Assembly (NCBI GenBank): GCA_963827655.1
Contig: CAWHCF010000002.1
Location: 96,001 to 160,000, forward strand
Origin: an uncultured Acidobacteriota bacterium
Lineage (GTDB): Bacteria; Acidobacteriota; UBA6911
Direction: 5' to 3'
Length of the DNA stretch: 64,000 nt
Shown here: one piece after another, positions 10,264-20,894 of the stretch
Layout: every line of letters starts with the position of its first letter
How positions within the stretch are numbered: position 1 is the first letter of the stretch
Made by a program: the position numbers and the translations under genes
The notes under the pieces: model-generated
Told to the model about the DNA's origin: nothing
Databases searched by the model: none
What the model saw: only the letters and a program-made list of their open reading frames with translations

Positions 10264-10733
10264 GTACTGCTCAGGTAACCTATTTTGGACCAGCTGAGGC
10301 CTGAAAGGCCGACAGAGAGTAGGTGACGTGAAATGCACGGGTCTAATGAGACTGTCGCAAAAGCTCGACCTGCGTTCATAGTGCAGACGCCGGCCATCGA
10401 GCGACCGTCCGGCCCGCGCCAGATGTGAGCTACTGCGTGAACCTTAAGGTAAGGCCATCAGCGATTAGTTAACCTGTCTGCACTGAGCCAATGGCCGCCA
10501 ATGGCCCGTCGCCAGGCCAGGAATTGACTCGCGAAGTAGAGCGCCGAAGGTGCGGTACAAGCGGAGGCCGTCGGACTCAGTGGTCTTCCAGTCTCTACCG
10601 CCCTTTTGCTGGCCTTTTATTTACCCGTTATCACCTGCTCGAGAATTTCTTCCGCTGCTGCGTGGATCTCCTCGATCCGAGGGAAGAGAAACCCCCTTGG
10701 GCGATCTCGGTCAAGTATCGTAGTGAGGCAACC

Positions 10734-11732
10734 TCACCGGCGTTTCTCGGCTGCCGGGTGAGCGGCGAACCACGGTTTCGCCAGTGGATCGGACTTGAAA
10801 AACTCCAGGAGTATCTTCGCCACTTTCTCTCGCCCCACCTCGGAGGGATGGGTGCCATCCTTCGCGAGGTCGTCGCGCCTCCAGAACAGGCCGTCGGCCT
10901 TTCGCGGCGTCGTGCCGTCAGCCCACAAGTACGGTCCCCATAGCAGCAGGGGCGCCTTGACGGCGCCGCGCGTCGCGTCGAAGTTCAGGGCGGGCTCCCC
11001 CTTGATCTGATCCTGAATCAACCAGCGCACTGCGAACGCGGACTCGTAGGCGTATGGTTCGGGGTTGAGCGGCGTGGTTGCATAACCGCCGTAGATGCGG
11101 CTGGAAAGGTAGACGATCCTCAGGTTCGGAAAGCGCGTCCTGGCATTCTGGAGCACGGCGAGCGTATCGCGCTGCAGCTTTTTACCGTGCTCACCGAGGT
11201 CCCCCTGTGGCCCTTTGTTGGCCAGCTTGACCCAGGCTACCTGAACCTGCTGCGCCGTCACGTTTGCGGCTGCCAGCCGGCGATCGGCTTCGGCCCATGG
11301 ACGGGCCGACGGATCAACCCACTCGGCCATGGCCTGCCCCCCTTGGGCGCAATCCACAATGGTCAACACCGGCGATTTCGCAGCATCGACGTCGGCAAGC
11401 TGCTTGAAGACGGAGAATTCCTGGGTCGCGTTCGACATGCTGATGGATACCAGGACAATCTTGCCATCCTTGGCCGCTTTACCATCCGGGTCGAGGGGCT
11501 GCACCTTGACCAGCTCGGCCTCGGCCGCCTTGCGGAGCGCCTCCGGCGGCATGTTCCGCCCCTGGCCATAGAGCCCGCCGTCCTCCCCCTTGTAGCGATC
11601 TCGCGCGGACATGTCCGTGAGGGGCACCAGGCCGGTCGATTCCTTGGGGCCTTTGTCCTGGGCCAGCGCTGGACCGACAGCCAGAACGGCAATTACCGGC
11701 AGAAACAGGGGGAGTTTCAACATGCGGTTCAT
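10734..11732 (-). CDS. Exported hypothetical protein, possibly SGNH-like hydrolase fold
   Basis: Signal peptide ending ALA; SISMSN block and C-terminal DGTHP (DxxH). Confidence 0.6.
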   Translation of the reverse strand: MNRMLKLPLFLPVIAVLAVGPALAQDKGPKESTGLVPLTDMSARDRYKGEDGGLYGQGRNMPPEALRKAAEAELVKVQPLDPDGKAAKDGKIVLVSISMSNATQEFSVFKQLADVDAAKSPVLTIVDCAQGGQAMAEWVDPSARPWAEADRRLAAANVTAQQVQVAWVKLANKGPQGDLGEHGKKLQRDTLAVLQNARTRFPNLRIVYLSSRIYGGYATTPLNPEPYAYESAFAVRWLIQDQIKGEPALNFDATRGAVKAPLLLWGPYLWADGTTPRKADGLFWRRDDLAKDGTHPSEVGREKVAKILLEFFKSDPLAKPWFAAHPAAEKRR

Positions 11733-12022
11733 GAGAGCTCCTTTCTTTGAACGGCGATCGATGCCCCGCCAGAGGCTGCGATATCCGGCCAAGGACATCA
11801 AATGCAGGCCGCCGGACTCTCAGGGGACAATACGAAAGCCTTCTTGCAGAGCCGCCTCCCTCAGACGCCCGTCGAGACACACGAAAGGTCTCGCCTTGCG
11901 GCTGAGACTCGCACCATGCGAGACCAAGTTGAACGGCACCGCCGGCTCGGAGCGGATACGTGGCCAGCCAGCGGCACTTCGGAGATAAGGCCACCCGGCT
12001 CCCGAGTTGGCAACGTGGACTG

Positions 12023-12409
12023 TCATACGATGCGCACGCCTCCCCTGTAACGTCCAAGAACAGAGTCATTGGTCAGAAGCGTAAGCGGCTCGGCAATGCT
12101 CTGCGCGATCAATAGACGGTCGAACGGGTCTCGATGAATTAGCGGGAGCTTGGTGATGCCGGCCGCGTGCGCGGCTGTCACCGGCAGCTCGATGAAGTCC
12201 ATGTCAGGGAGCACTGATTGCAAGGACGCAAGATCGACGCGAAAATCCTTGCGTCCGAGGGAGCTCTTGATTGCGATCTCCCAGATGCTCGCCGCGCTGT
12301 AATAGACTTCGTTCGTCTCGTCTTCCAGAAGTTCCCGGGCTGTGCGCGGCAAGCGTTTGCTGTTCGCCGCCGCCCAAAGAAGCAAATGCGTGTCCAGCAG
12401 CAGTCTCAC
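12023..12409 (-). CDS. vapC: Type II toxin, PIN domain (VapC family)
   Basis: MRLLLDTH, SAASIWEIAIK, HRDPFDRLLIAQ. Confidence 0.92.
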   Translation of the reverse strand: MRLLLDTHLLLWAAANSKRLPRTARELLEDETNEVYYSAASIWEIAIKSSLGRKDFRVDLASLQSVLPDMDFIELPVTAAHAAGITKLPLIHRDPFDRLLIAQSIAEPLTLLTNDSVLGRYRGGVRIV

Positions 12410-12648
12410 CGCTTCCTGCCTTCGAAGAGGCGCGTGACGGCTTCGGGAAGCGGGGCGTTGAAGTCGTCGGGGATCTTGAACTTGCCATCGAGCAGTCCCA
12501 GGCGGCGGCGACCGCGAGCTTTTTTCAATGGAATGAGCTTCGCGGCAGGCTTGCCGGCCCGCGCGATAACGATCTCCTCGCCCGCCTCCGCACGCTCGAC
12601 GAGCTTCGACAAATCGGTCTTCGCTTGATGGATGTTGACCTGCTTCAT
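12406..12648 (-). CDS. Type II antitoxin, Phd/YefM family
   Basis: VNIHQAKTDLSKLVERAEAGEEIVIARAGKPAAKL; 4-bp overlap with the toxin gene. Confidence 0.92.
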   Translation of the reverse strand: MKQVNIHQAKTDLSKLVERAEAGEEIVIARAGKPAAKLIPLKKARGRRRLGLLDGKFKIPDDFNAPLPEAVTRLFEGRKR

Positions 12649-12672
12649 TGCCGTCTCCGCATTCAGCGTTGG

Positions 12673-12707
12673 TTAGCTAACTTTAGCTAATCTCAGGTAG
12701 AAGTCAA
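12673..12707 (-). promoter_or_regulatory. TA promoter with two tandem palindromic operators
   Basis: TTAGCTAA at 12673-12680 and 12683-12690, overlapping a putative TTGACT-N16-TAAAGT promoter. Confidence 0.65.
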
Positions 12708-12895
12708 GCCCGCAGCGAAAGCAGGGCTCACTCTACTTGGCCGGCAATCGTCGCCAGCCAGCCTTCTCATTCTTTCCACTCGGCCGCATAGTCACGCTTG
12801 TGCCACATCTCGACAGGCGCGAGAATGGGCCTCTGGAGTGCGCAAGCTTGCGTGGGCCTTGATCGAACTGTGAACCTTGCGGCTAGCAGGAGAGC

Positions 12896-14056
12896 CTAGG
12901 AGATCAGCACTTTGCGAGGGAACTGAGAATTGTCTTCGAGAAATGTCTTCTTGCTCTCCAGCTCTTCCGAGGTTGGTTGAACCTTCCCACTGGCGTCGAT
13001 TACGCGGGAGACGAGAGTGTGCTCACCCGACGTGGCGCCATTCCAGGCATAGGTGAACAGTTTCCACGAATATTTGCCGCTCGTGGAGGAATCCATCGTG
13101 GCCGGTTGCCACGGGCCATCATCTACCCGGACCTCGACCGACTTCAGCGGCGTGCCATCGTTCAGCACGACGCCGAAAACCTTGTGCCGGCTCCCGTCGC
13201 GCGTGACGCGCGCGATGAAAGACTTCAGCTGCATGCGGGTGATCGCGGTCTCCTTCCACTTCGTCTCGCCGTCAACCACTTCGCCCTTCAAGGTGCGGTA
13301 CCAGCGGGCCTGGTACTTGCCGAGGTACTGCTCTTCCTGAGCATGAATCTGGATGAGCCACTTTATATTGGCGACGCCGTACCATCCGGGAACAATCAGC
13401 CGCAGCGGCGAGCCCTGGTGCCGGGTGAGCGGCTCGCCATTCAGCGCGTAGGCCAGGAAAGGATCAGGAGACAAAGCTTTTTCGCGCGGCAGGCTTCGAC
13501 CAAACTGCTGATCGACCTTGTATTTCTGCGTCCGGAACTCCACTTCTTCTTCGCCGTGATCGGCGCCAAAGAACACGAACTCCCGCGCTTCGGGTTTCAC
13601 ACGGGCCAGCTCGAGCACTGCGCGCAGCGGTACGCCGGTCCAGCGACCGTTGCTGCAGAGACCTTGCAACGGACGACGGTTGCCCGAGCACTCGAAACCA
13701 GCTACCAGCTCCGCGCTTCCAATCCGTCGAAGGTCCTCGAGCGAGAGTGACTTCGGCTGCCCTACCAACCCCGAGATTTTTAAACGAAAGGCCGCCGGGT
13801 CGACTTCAGGATGCCCGTAGTGCTGCACCGTGAAGAACTGATCCTTTGATGTGAGAGGTCCGTCGATCTTGCGAATGTCGAGGATGCGCCTTTCGCCGCC
13901 TGCTTCAGGAAACTTCTCGGGCAGATCGGTGAACGGTACAAGTTCCTCGCCTTGCGCGAGAGCCGGAAGAGCCCATTCGGGTACGCCGAATACGCTCAGT
14001 CCCGCAACCGCAAGCCCTCCCCTAAGGATTTCGCGACGGCTGCTCTGTTTGGTCAT
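12896..14056 (-). CDS. Sulfite-oxidase-family molybdopterin oxidoreductase, Tat-exported
   Basis: SRREIL Tat leader; FECSGN (Mo-ligand Cys); RWTGVPL; HQGSPLRLIVPGWYGVANIKWL. Confidence 0.88.
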   Translation of the reverse strand: MTKQSSRREILRGGLAVAGLSVFGVPEWALPALAQGEELVPFTDLPEKFPEAGGERRILDIRKIDGPLTSKDQFFTVQHYGHPEVDPAAFRLKISGLVGQPKSLSLEDLRRIGSAELVAGFECSGNRRPLQGLCSNGRWTGVPLRAVLELARVKPEAREFVFFGADHGEEEVEFRTQKYKVDQQFGRSLPREKALSPDPFLAYALNGEPLTRHQGSPLRLIVPGWYGVANIKWLIQIHAQEEQYLGKYQARWYRTLKGEVVDGETKWKETAITRMQLKSFIARVTRDGSRHKVFGVVLNDGTPLKSVEVRVDDGPWQPATMDSSTSGKYSWKLFTYAWNGATSGEHTLVSRVIDASGKVQPTSEELESKKTFLEDNSQFPRKVLIS

Positions 14057-14934
14057 GCTGGCTCCTTTCCGCCTGCCGATCATATACCGAAAACCAATGA
14101 ACAGATGCAGGAGAATCTTTCGGGGAAGTATTCAGAGATGAGCGCAGGTAGAGTACTGCCTATTACCTGATCAGCTGATTTTAACGCAGGGAATATCTGG
14201 TGCGCGGATCTCCCAGGTCCGATTGAGTCCAGCCTCAGGGTTGCGCGGACCGGTAGCAGTGTCACATTCCGAAAGTGCCGGGCCGACACGGGACGGCGTC
14301 GTCGAATGGCGCTACAAATTAGAGTTTGCATGGCGTTCTTGGGCAGTTGTCGCGCGTCCAATGGATGTGAGCGACGGGCGAAGATGGGCAGAGCGCGTGA
14401 TATCGAAGAGGAAACTGACTCACGGTTTATCGTGAACACGATCACTTGCCGTTGTACGTCTTTGTGGCACGACGCGCCCGCTCGAGGTGCAGCCGGGCCC
14501 ATGGTGGAGGACGTTACGTCTCAGGAGGCATATCTAAGGGCGTCAGGCACTGACGAACGTCGGAATGGCGTCGATCCCCACAACGCACTTGCCTGGTTGC
14601 AGACCGTAAGCGGCCAATCTCGTCGCAAGCAATTACCGGCGCAGGCCCACGAGTCGTCTGGAGCAACTCGAGGTCAGCATCCAGCGGACAGATCAGCGAA
14701 AAGTATGGACGCTTGTGAAACAGGCTTCATACGTAAGGGACATCATCAGGTAGTCTGAAAACGACCAGGCCCAGGCTTCTCGAAGCCTTTCACGTCGAGG
14801 AAAATCTCGTGTCACAAGCAAGTTCACGTCTGAACGGACCGAGCGTCTGGGCGTTTTTGGCGTGGCGAATTGTGGTCGGCTCAAAAGGCGGGTTGGCGGG
14901 CTTAGGACCAGAGAAATGAGGGTGAGAGTTTGCG

Positions 14935-17404
14935 CTATCCCTGGCGCAGCGCAACGACCGGGTCCACTCTCGCCGCCCGTATCGCAGGCAGCAGGGAGGC
15001 CAGAAGGGATACCAGGGCCAGGATCACCGTGACAAAAGCAAGCACGGTCGAGTCCACTGGACTCACTCCGTAGAGGGCGCTTCTGACATACCTTCCCAAT
15101 CCCAGAGAGCCGGCGAGCCCGATGGTGAAACCTGCGCCAAGGATGAGCATGCCTTCCCACAGAACGAGGTGAAGAATCTTTCCTGTGCTGCTTCCCAGCG
15201 CCATTCGGATGCCGATCTCCCGAGTCCGCTGGGCAACGAGATAGGCCAGTACCCCATAGATCCCCAAAGCCGCAAGGAACAAGGCCACCGCGCTGAAGCC
15301 GAGCGCCAGCAGCATGGGCGACCGGCGATTGACTAACGATCCGTCGAGGCGCTCCTGCATCGTCTTGACGTCGTAAAAGGGAATCTCCGCGTCCAGTTCA
15401 CCGATGCGAGCCCGGACTGCGCTGACGAGGCTCGTGGACTCGCCCGTCGCTCTCACGGCAATGGTCATCGTCGATCTGGGAGTCTGAGTGTAAGGGAAGT
15501 AGCAAGCCCCGACGCGCTCATCAGGATCCACCAGCGCCCTCAACTTCACACTCCCTACGACCCCCACCACGGTGAACCATTGCACTTTATCATCAGGCTT
15601 GATCAGGTTCTGCGTGCTTGTGGGGCGCCACATTCGCTTGCCGACCGGGCTGATTCCCGGCCAGAACTTCCGTGCCAGCCGGTCATCGACAATGATCACC
15701 CGTTGAGAATCCTCCGTGTCGCTGTTTTCGAGGAACCTTCCCGCAATGAGAGGAATCCTCAGAGCCTGAAAATACCCTGCACTGACCACGATGTTGCTGG
15801 GTGAGACCAGCGATTCGCCCGGCTGCATCTGATAGCCTTCGGCCAGTATTACGGAATCGTTCGAACTGTTTCCGAAGGGAATGGTGTCGGTCACACCGGC
15901 TGCCGATATTCCGGGAAGGGACTCGAATATTTTCCAGGAGACGGTTCGTGAAAACACGCCGTTCGGCGTCGTTCTTATAGCGATAAGAAGGAAGAGACAG
16001 CGATCCTGTCACCACCTGGCGGGTAACGAACCCGGGATTGATGGCGAGGACCTTCCGGAAGCTGGCAAAAAGCAAACCCGCTCCTACCAGTAACATCAAG
16101 GCAAGAGCCACCTGTGCCGTCGCGAGCGAAATGCGCACGAGGCGGGCGCCACGGCCCCCGGTGCCCGCGCCTCCTGCTTCGTGCAGCACACGACTCGTAT
16201 CGAGGCTGAAGGCATGGACCACTGGAACGGCCCCAATGACAATCCCGATTATCAAGGCCAGCCCGAGAATGAAGACCACAACGGTGCCGTCCATCGCGAT
16301 CTCACTTCCTCGCGGGATCTCTTCCAGACCAAGCAGCTTCAGCGTCCTCAGACCGAAGTAACCGAGCGCCAATCCGCCGATAGCGCTCGAGACCGTCAGG
16401 AGCGCGGTCTCGGTGAGCAGCTGCCGAGTTACCCGCCAGTGCGCCGCGCCGAGCGCAAAACGCATGGCCAGCTCCTTCCGGCGGGCGAGGCCGCGAGCCA
16501 TCATCAAGTTTGCGATATTTACCGAACCAATCAGGAGCAGGAAGAGGACGCCTCCCAAAAGCAGGTAGAGCGTGCCCCGGATGTCGCGGATCATCTCGTC
16601 CCGCAGGCCGACCACGCGCGTCTGGAACCCCGCGTTCCGGAGAATTTCCGTGAATTGGGGAAATCGTTCCATGTTGGCCGCGTTCAGGGCATCCACCTGA
16701 GCCTGAGCTTTTTCGACGGTGGCGTCCGGTTTGAGGCGGCCGATCATTTCCCAGCTTTGGCTGTGCCGCATTTCATCCGATTTTTGCTCAGGGGTGAACG
16801 CCAGCGGCGTCCAGAGCCGGACCTCGGGATCGAGAAAAAGAAAGTCCACCGGCATCACACCGACAATGGTGAATGGACGCCCGTTGATTCGGAGATCCCT
16901 CCCCAGTACCGATGGATCGCCGCCGAACCGCTGGTGCCAGAGCCCGTGGCTGAGGATGACCTTGGTGTCCTTTCCGGGCTCGCCCTCTTCCTCGGTGAAA
17001 ATTCGGCCCAGGCCAGGCTTCGCGCTCAAGAGCCTGAAAAATGAAGGGGTCACTGCCAGACTCAGGGTCCTTTCCGCAGATCGTTCGCCGCCGATGATAA
17101 CCCCATTGAAATCGTAAAGGGCCTGTTCCTCGAAGACCGTCAAATCCCGCAGCCGGTCGAAGTAGTCGGGCACTCCGGTGGAACTCTTCTCCACACCGGC
17201 GTTGGGATAGCTGTTGTACATGAGAAGAATCCGATCGGATTCCGGCACCGGCAGCGGTTTCAGCACCACGGAGTGGAGAATGCTGAAGATGGCCGAGTTG
17301 GCGCCGATGCAGAGGGTCAGTGTGAGGATGGCCGCGGCGGCGAAGCTTTTGTTCTTCCAGAAAAGCCTCACGCCGAATCTCACATCCTGAATCCAGGATT
17401 CCAT
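14935..17404 (-). CDS. ADOP-type (duplicated MacB/FtsX) ABC permease, one frameshift near 15925
   Basis: [13 protein letters not shown] start; IGANSAIFS; C-terminal [13 protein letters not shown] and DPVVALR. Two ORFs join across one indel. Confidence 0.85.
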
Positions 17405-17585
17405 GGGGTTCTCGGTCCTTTTTGGCTCTATACGATCGGGGGGTCTGCGCAGTTCACCGGAAATTTCATTAACCACAAAGACGCGAAGACCCAAGGATTG
17501 TGTGACTGCTAATCAAGCGAAGTACTGATTGACAAGGGATACGATCGCGTCTTGGTGTCTTGGTGGTTGGCCTTTTTTCGATGGT

Positions 17586-18593
17586 TCAGTTTTGCGGTTC
17601 TACGGTCAGGGCCAGGGCCATGGCGGCCCAGCTGGTCGCGGCGGCTGAAATCCACTGATCGTCCCCGTGTGGGAAGCCGCTCTCGAAGTAGGGCTGGAAG
17701 GGCAAGGACCGGCTCCTTACATGCCAGGAACCATCGTCCAGTTGGGTCTTCAGCAGAAACTTGACTCCACGCGCATAGGCTGGATCGGTTACCGGAAGGC
17801 CTCCGCCCTGATGCAGGGCGACCAGCGCCTGACCGGTGGCGTAAGCATCGCTTTCAAGCGTGGAGAGCTGCGACCAGCCGCCATCCGGACGCTGGGTCGC
17901 GAGCAGTTCCCGAGCGACTTTCTGAACAGCCTTCGAGCCGGCGTTCGTCCAGGACAAGCCGAGAAGCTGAAAGGCTCGCTCCTCGGTAGCTCGCGGGTCC
18001 GATCTGAGAAGCCAGGCCGCGCCCCGCTCCAACCTTTTCTGGAGCTCCGCTCGCTGCCCCTCCGGAGAGTAGAGCTGCAGGGCGCGCAGACTCAAGGCCG
18101 TCGTGGTGATCTCGTTGTATTCCATGGGAGGGCGGTGGGAGGTCGTGCGCCAGTGCCCGTCAGCCGCCTGGGTCGCCTTGAGATAGTGAACCAGCGCATC
18201 CGTCAGGCTGTCCGGCGGGTATTTCCACGCCGCCATGCCGAGCATGCTGTAGCTCACAGTGTCGGCTGCGCCACCGATCCCGATCGCCTGGAGCATTCGC
18301 TCTCGACCCGGGCGGAGAAAGGCGGCGACAGCCTCCAGTTGATCGCGAGCCAGCTGCTCGTCGACCAGGAAGCCTCTTTCGCGAGCCAAAGAGAATGCCA
18401 TCGCCGGCAGCGACTGATGGTGACAGGAAGTACACCCCCCCTTCTTTACGAAGATCGGCCCGCTTTGCTGAAGCAGGGCGACGCTCTTCTTCACGGCGGC
18501 CTGAACCCCTGCGGTTTCATTCTCACGGGCCAGAGCAACCGGCGCGACCGAACCCAGTCCCAGCACGGCAACCACCAGAACCTTCCCGACCAT
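17586..18593 (-). CDS. Exported prenyltransferase/squalene-oxidase-repeat protein with CxxCH motif
   Basis: QAADGHW, QRPDGGW and QLDDGSW QW-type repeats; CTSCHHQ; FPHGDDQWIS. Confidence 0.78.
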   Translation of the reverse strand: MVGKVLVVAVLGLGSVAPVALARENETAGVQAAVKKSVALLQQSGPIFVKKGGCTSCHHQSLPAMAFSLARERGFLVDEQLARDQLEAVAAFLRPGRERMLQAIGIGGAADTVSYSMLGMAAWKYPPDSLTDALVHYLKATQAADGHWRTTSHRPPMEYNEITTTALSLRALQLYSPEGQRAELQKRLERGAAWLLRSDPRATEERAFQLLGLSWTNAGSKAVQKVARELLATQRPDGGWSQLSTLESDAYATGQALVALHQGGGLPVTDPAYARGVKFLLKTQLDDGSWHVRSRSLPFQPYFESGFPHGDDQWISAAATSWAAMALALTVEPQN

Positions 18594-19931
18594 TTACCTT
18601 TCTCCCGTTTTCTCAGGATCACCCGCAGCCGCCTTCATCAGCAACCTGACGACCGGAGTATCCCCTTTTGTCTTCGCCAGGCTCAAGGCGGTTTCGCCAT
18701 CCTGAGTGGTGGCCGCGACGCCGGCGCCGTGATCCAGCAGCAATCTGACAATGTCGGCGGCGAGAGGTTCCGAGTAAGCCGCCAGCATCAAAGCCGTGTA
18801 GCCCCGATCGTCCTTCACATTGACTTCCGCGCCCTTCTCCAGCAAGGCTCTGACAATATCGGTTGATCCCTGGTTAGCGGCCAGCGAAAGAGCGGTGATT
18901 CCCCTCTTCGTCCGCGCGTTCACCTGGGCGCCGTGCGCCAATAATAGCTGGACGGCGCCTGCATTCCTGGCGCGGGCCGCCGCCATCAAGGCAGTACCGC
19001 CGCTATTGGATTGTGCGTTCACGTCCGAGCCCCTGGCAATCAAGAGTCTGAGGATCTCAGCATCTCCGCCGCCCGCCGCCTGAATCAAGGCCGTCGATCC
19101 ATTGATATCTCTCGCCTTGATATCGGCGCCCTTCTCCAGGAGCAATTTCACGATACCGGCAGCCCCCGCTTGGCCTGCTACGATCAAAAGCGGCGTTTTG
19201 CCGTCTTCGGATCTGGCGTTGACATCGGCCCCCCTCGCAACCAGCAAGCGTACTTTGCGCGCGTCGCCCACTCCCCACATCAAGGCGGTTGCGCCGGCAT
19301 TGTTCTTGAGGTTGGGATCGGCGCCCTGATCGAGCAGCAATTTCACCAGGTCCTCTCCGGCGTAGAGAGACCCATGCATCAAAGGAGTGGCGCCGCTCGA
19401 ATCCCTGACGTTTACCAGCGAGTGATCGCTACGGAGCAGCGCGCGAACTGCGTCCGTGTTTCCCTTGCGAATCGCCTGAAACAGGCTTTCGCCCCTTGAA
19501 TCGGAGTTTACGGTCTCTTTCGAGGGAGCGGCTTCCGTCAGAGAGATCTCAGGCCAATCGGGCCCCTGGTCGATCCATGCCCTCAGAACGCCGATTTCTT
19601 CAGCCGTCAGAGGACCTGTGGGGGGCATCTGGATTCCCAGCTCCGAACCCACCAGCCGCAGGATAAACTTGCTTTCGGCGCTGTTGCCGGGGAGAATCAC
19701 CGGGCCTGAGTCTCCGCCTCTCAACGCCGCCGCTCTGTGATCGAGGCGCAGACCCGCCTTTTGTTGTGACGATCCGTGACAGGCATGACACTGCGCGCGA
19801 AGAATGGGATTTACGTCGCGTGTGAAATCGACTTTGATGTTGGCCGGTGGCGGCAGGCCGGTAGACTGCTGGCCTTTAGCCGCCGGCGAGGCCATGAAAA
19901 TCAACAGTATCGCGCAGCCGAATTTCGTCAT
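18594..19931 (-). CDS. Planctomycete-type cytochrome c domain plus ankyrin repeats
   Basis: VDFTRDVNPIL-x3-CHACHG, MPP, WIDQG; about 7 GxTALM ankyrin repeats. Confidence 0.85.
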   Translation of the reverse strand: MTKFGCAILLIFMASPAAKGQQSTGLPPPANIKVDFTRDVNPILRAQCHACHGSSQQKAGLRLDHRAAALRGGDSGPVILPGNSAESKFILRLVGSELGIQMPPTGPLTAEEIGVLRAWIDQGPDWPEISLTEAAPSKETVNSDSRGESLFQAIRKGNTDAVRALLRSDHSLVNVRDSSGATPLMHGSLYAGEDLVKLLLDQGADPNLKNNAGATALMWGVGDARKVRLLVARGADVNARSEDGKTPLLIVAGQAGAAGIVKLLLEKGADIKARDINGSTALIQAAGGGDAEILRLLIARGSDVNAQSNSGGTALMAAARARNAGAVQLLLAHGAQVNARTKRGITALSLAANQGSTDIVRALLEKGAEVNVKDDRGYTALMLAAYSEPLAADIVRLLLDHGAGVAATTQDGETALSLAKTKGDTPVVRLLMKAAAGDPEKTGER

Positions 19932-20098
19932 TGGGTTGGATTATCAGCCATTCACCGCCAAGACGCAAAGCAATCAGCGCTTGGTGTTTCTTCGTGTCTT
20001 TGCGTCTTTGTGGTATTTGTTTGGCGTTACCTTGTTAACGGTGCCTTTCTCGCCGGCGTCTTACGCGCAGGACAAACAACCCGACGGAAGGAGTCGCC

Positions 20099-20776
20099 AT
20101 GAAATCCAGCAACCTCTTTTCACCGAAATGTGCGCCGGCGCTGATCCTGATTCTTCTCTTGATCCAGTCTAACGCCCTGGCCGGACCGCCGCTGCTCTGC
20201 TTTCCATTCGAGATCGGAAACGCGAAATCGCTCCCCTGGCAAGGTCGTAGCTGGGAATCAACTCGGCCGGACTACGATATCAGCCGGCTCGTCGACGACA
20301 CTTTTGCCCTGCTAAGCACAGACGCACCGGTCATCGTGCGCATGGAAACTCTGCGCAGGGCTACCATCTATGCGCGCAAGGACCGTAAAGTCGCCGACGC
20401 GCTGCTGGCTCGAATGAAAAAACGCGCGGCCGAAGCCGAGCGCGATCCGCTGGCATTGTTTGATGCCGGCTATTTGATCGAGTCCTACCGGCAGGCTTAT
20501 TGGATCTCTACCCACTCCGGCGAAACTTACTGGAAATTCAGCCAGGCCGATCCGGGAAAAGATGTGGACGGATATGCTCTGGTGCTGAAAGCCATCCAGT
20601 CCAGGGGCGGGGATCCGGACATGGAATTTGCGGCTGCGCTGATCACGACTGACCCCGAGCGGCGCAGTCAACATGACGAGCACCTGCGTCGAGCCATCGC
20701 AGGCGCGAAAGATGGTTCGCTGCTTGCCAGGAACCTGGAAAGTCATTTCAAGCAGCAGGGCAAGAGCATCGTCTGA
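20099..20776 (+). CDS. Exported hypothetical protein
   Basis: GGAG RBS; signal peptide; GPPLLCFPFEIG N-terminus; no recognised domain. Confidence 0.65.
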   Translation: MKSSNLFSPKCAPALILILLLIQSNALAGPPLLCFPFEIGNAKSLPWQGRSWESTRPDYDISRLVDDTFALLSTDAPVIVRMETLRRATIYARKDRKVADALLARMKKRAAEAERDPLALFDAGYLIESYRQAYWISTHSGETYWKFSQADPGKDVDGYALVLKAIQSRGGDPDMEFAAALITTDPERRSQHDEHLRRAIAGAKDGSLLARNLESHFKQQGKSIV

Positions 20777-20892
20777 TTGCGGATTGCAGATTTTCCGATT
20801 TCGGATTGCGGATTTCGGATTGCGGATTGTTCGAGGAAGTTTCTGAAGATCTATTGAGCGATCACTGAAATCCGCAATCTGCAATCCGCAAT
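20775..20892. repeat. Inverted heptamer tandem arrays (GATTGCG)n / (CGCAATC)n
   Basis: gattgcggattgcagatt...ggattgcggatt faces aatccgcaatctgcaatccgcaat, between convergent genes. Confidence 0.8.
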
Positions 20893-20894
20893 TG

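Noticed and set aside
14100-14930. Small ORFs between the molybdoenzyme and permease genes
   Set aside because: No recognisable domain or RBS; possibly a decayed remnant but not supportable.
17586-18593. Squalene-hopene cyclase
   Set aside because: Too short, carries a signal peptide, and lacks the DxDD catalytic motif.
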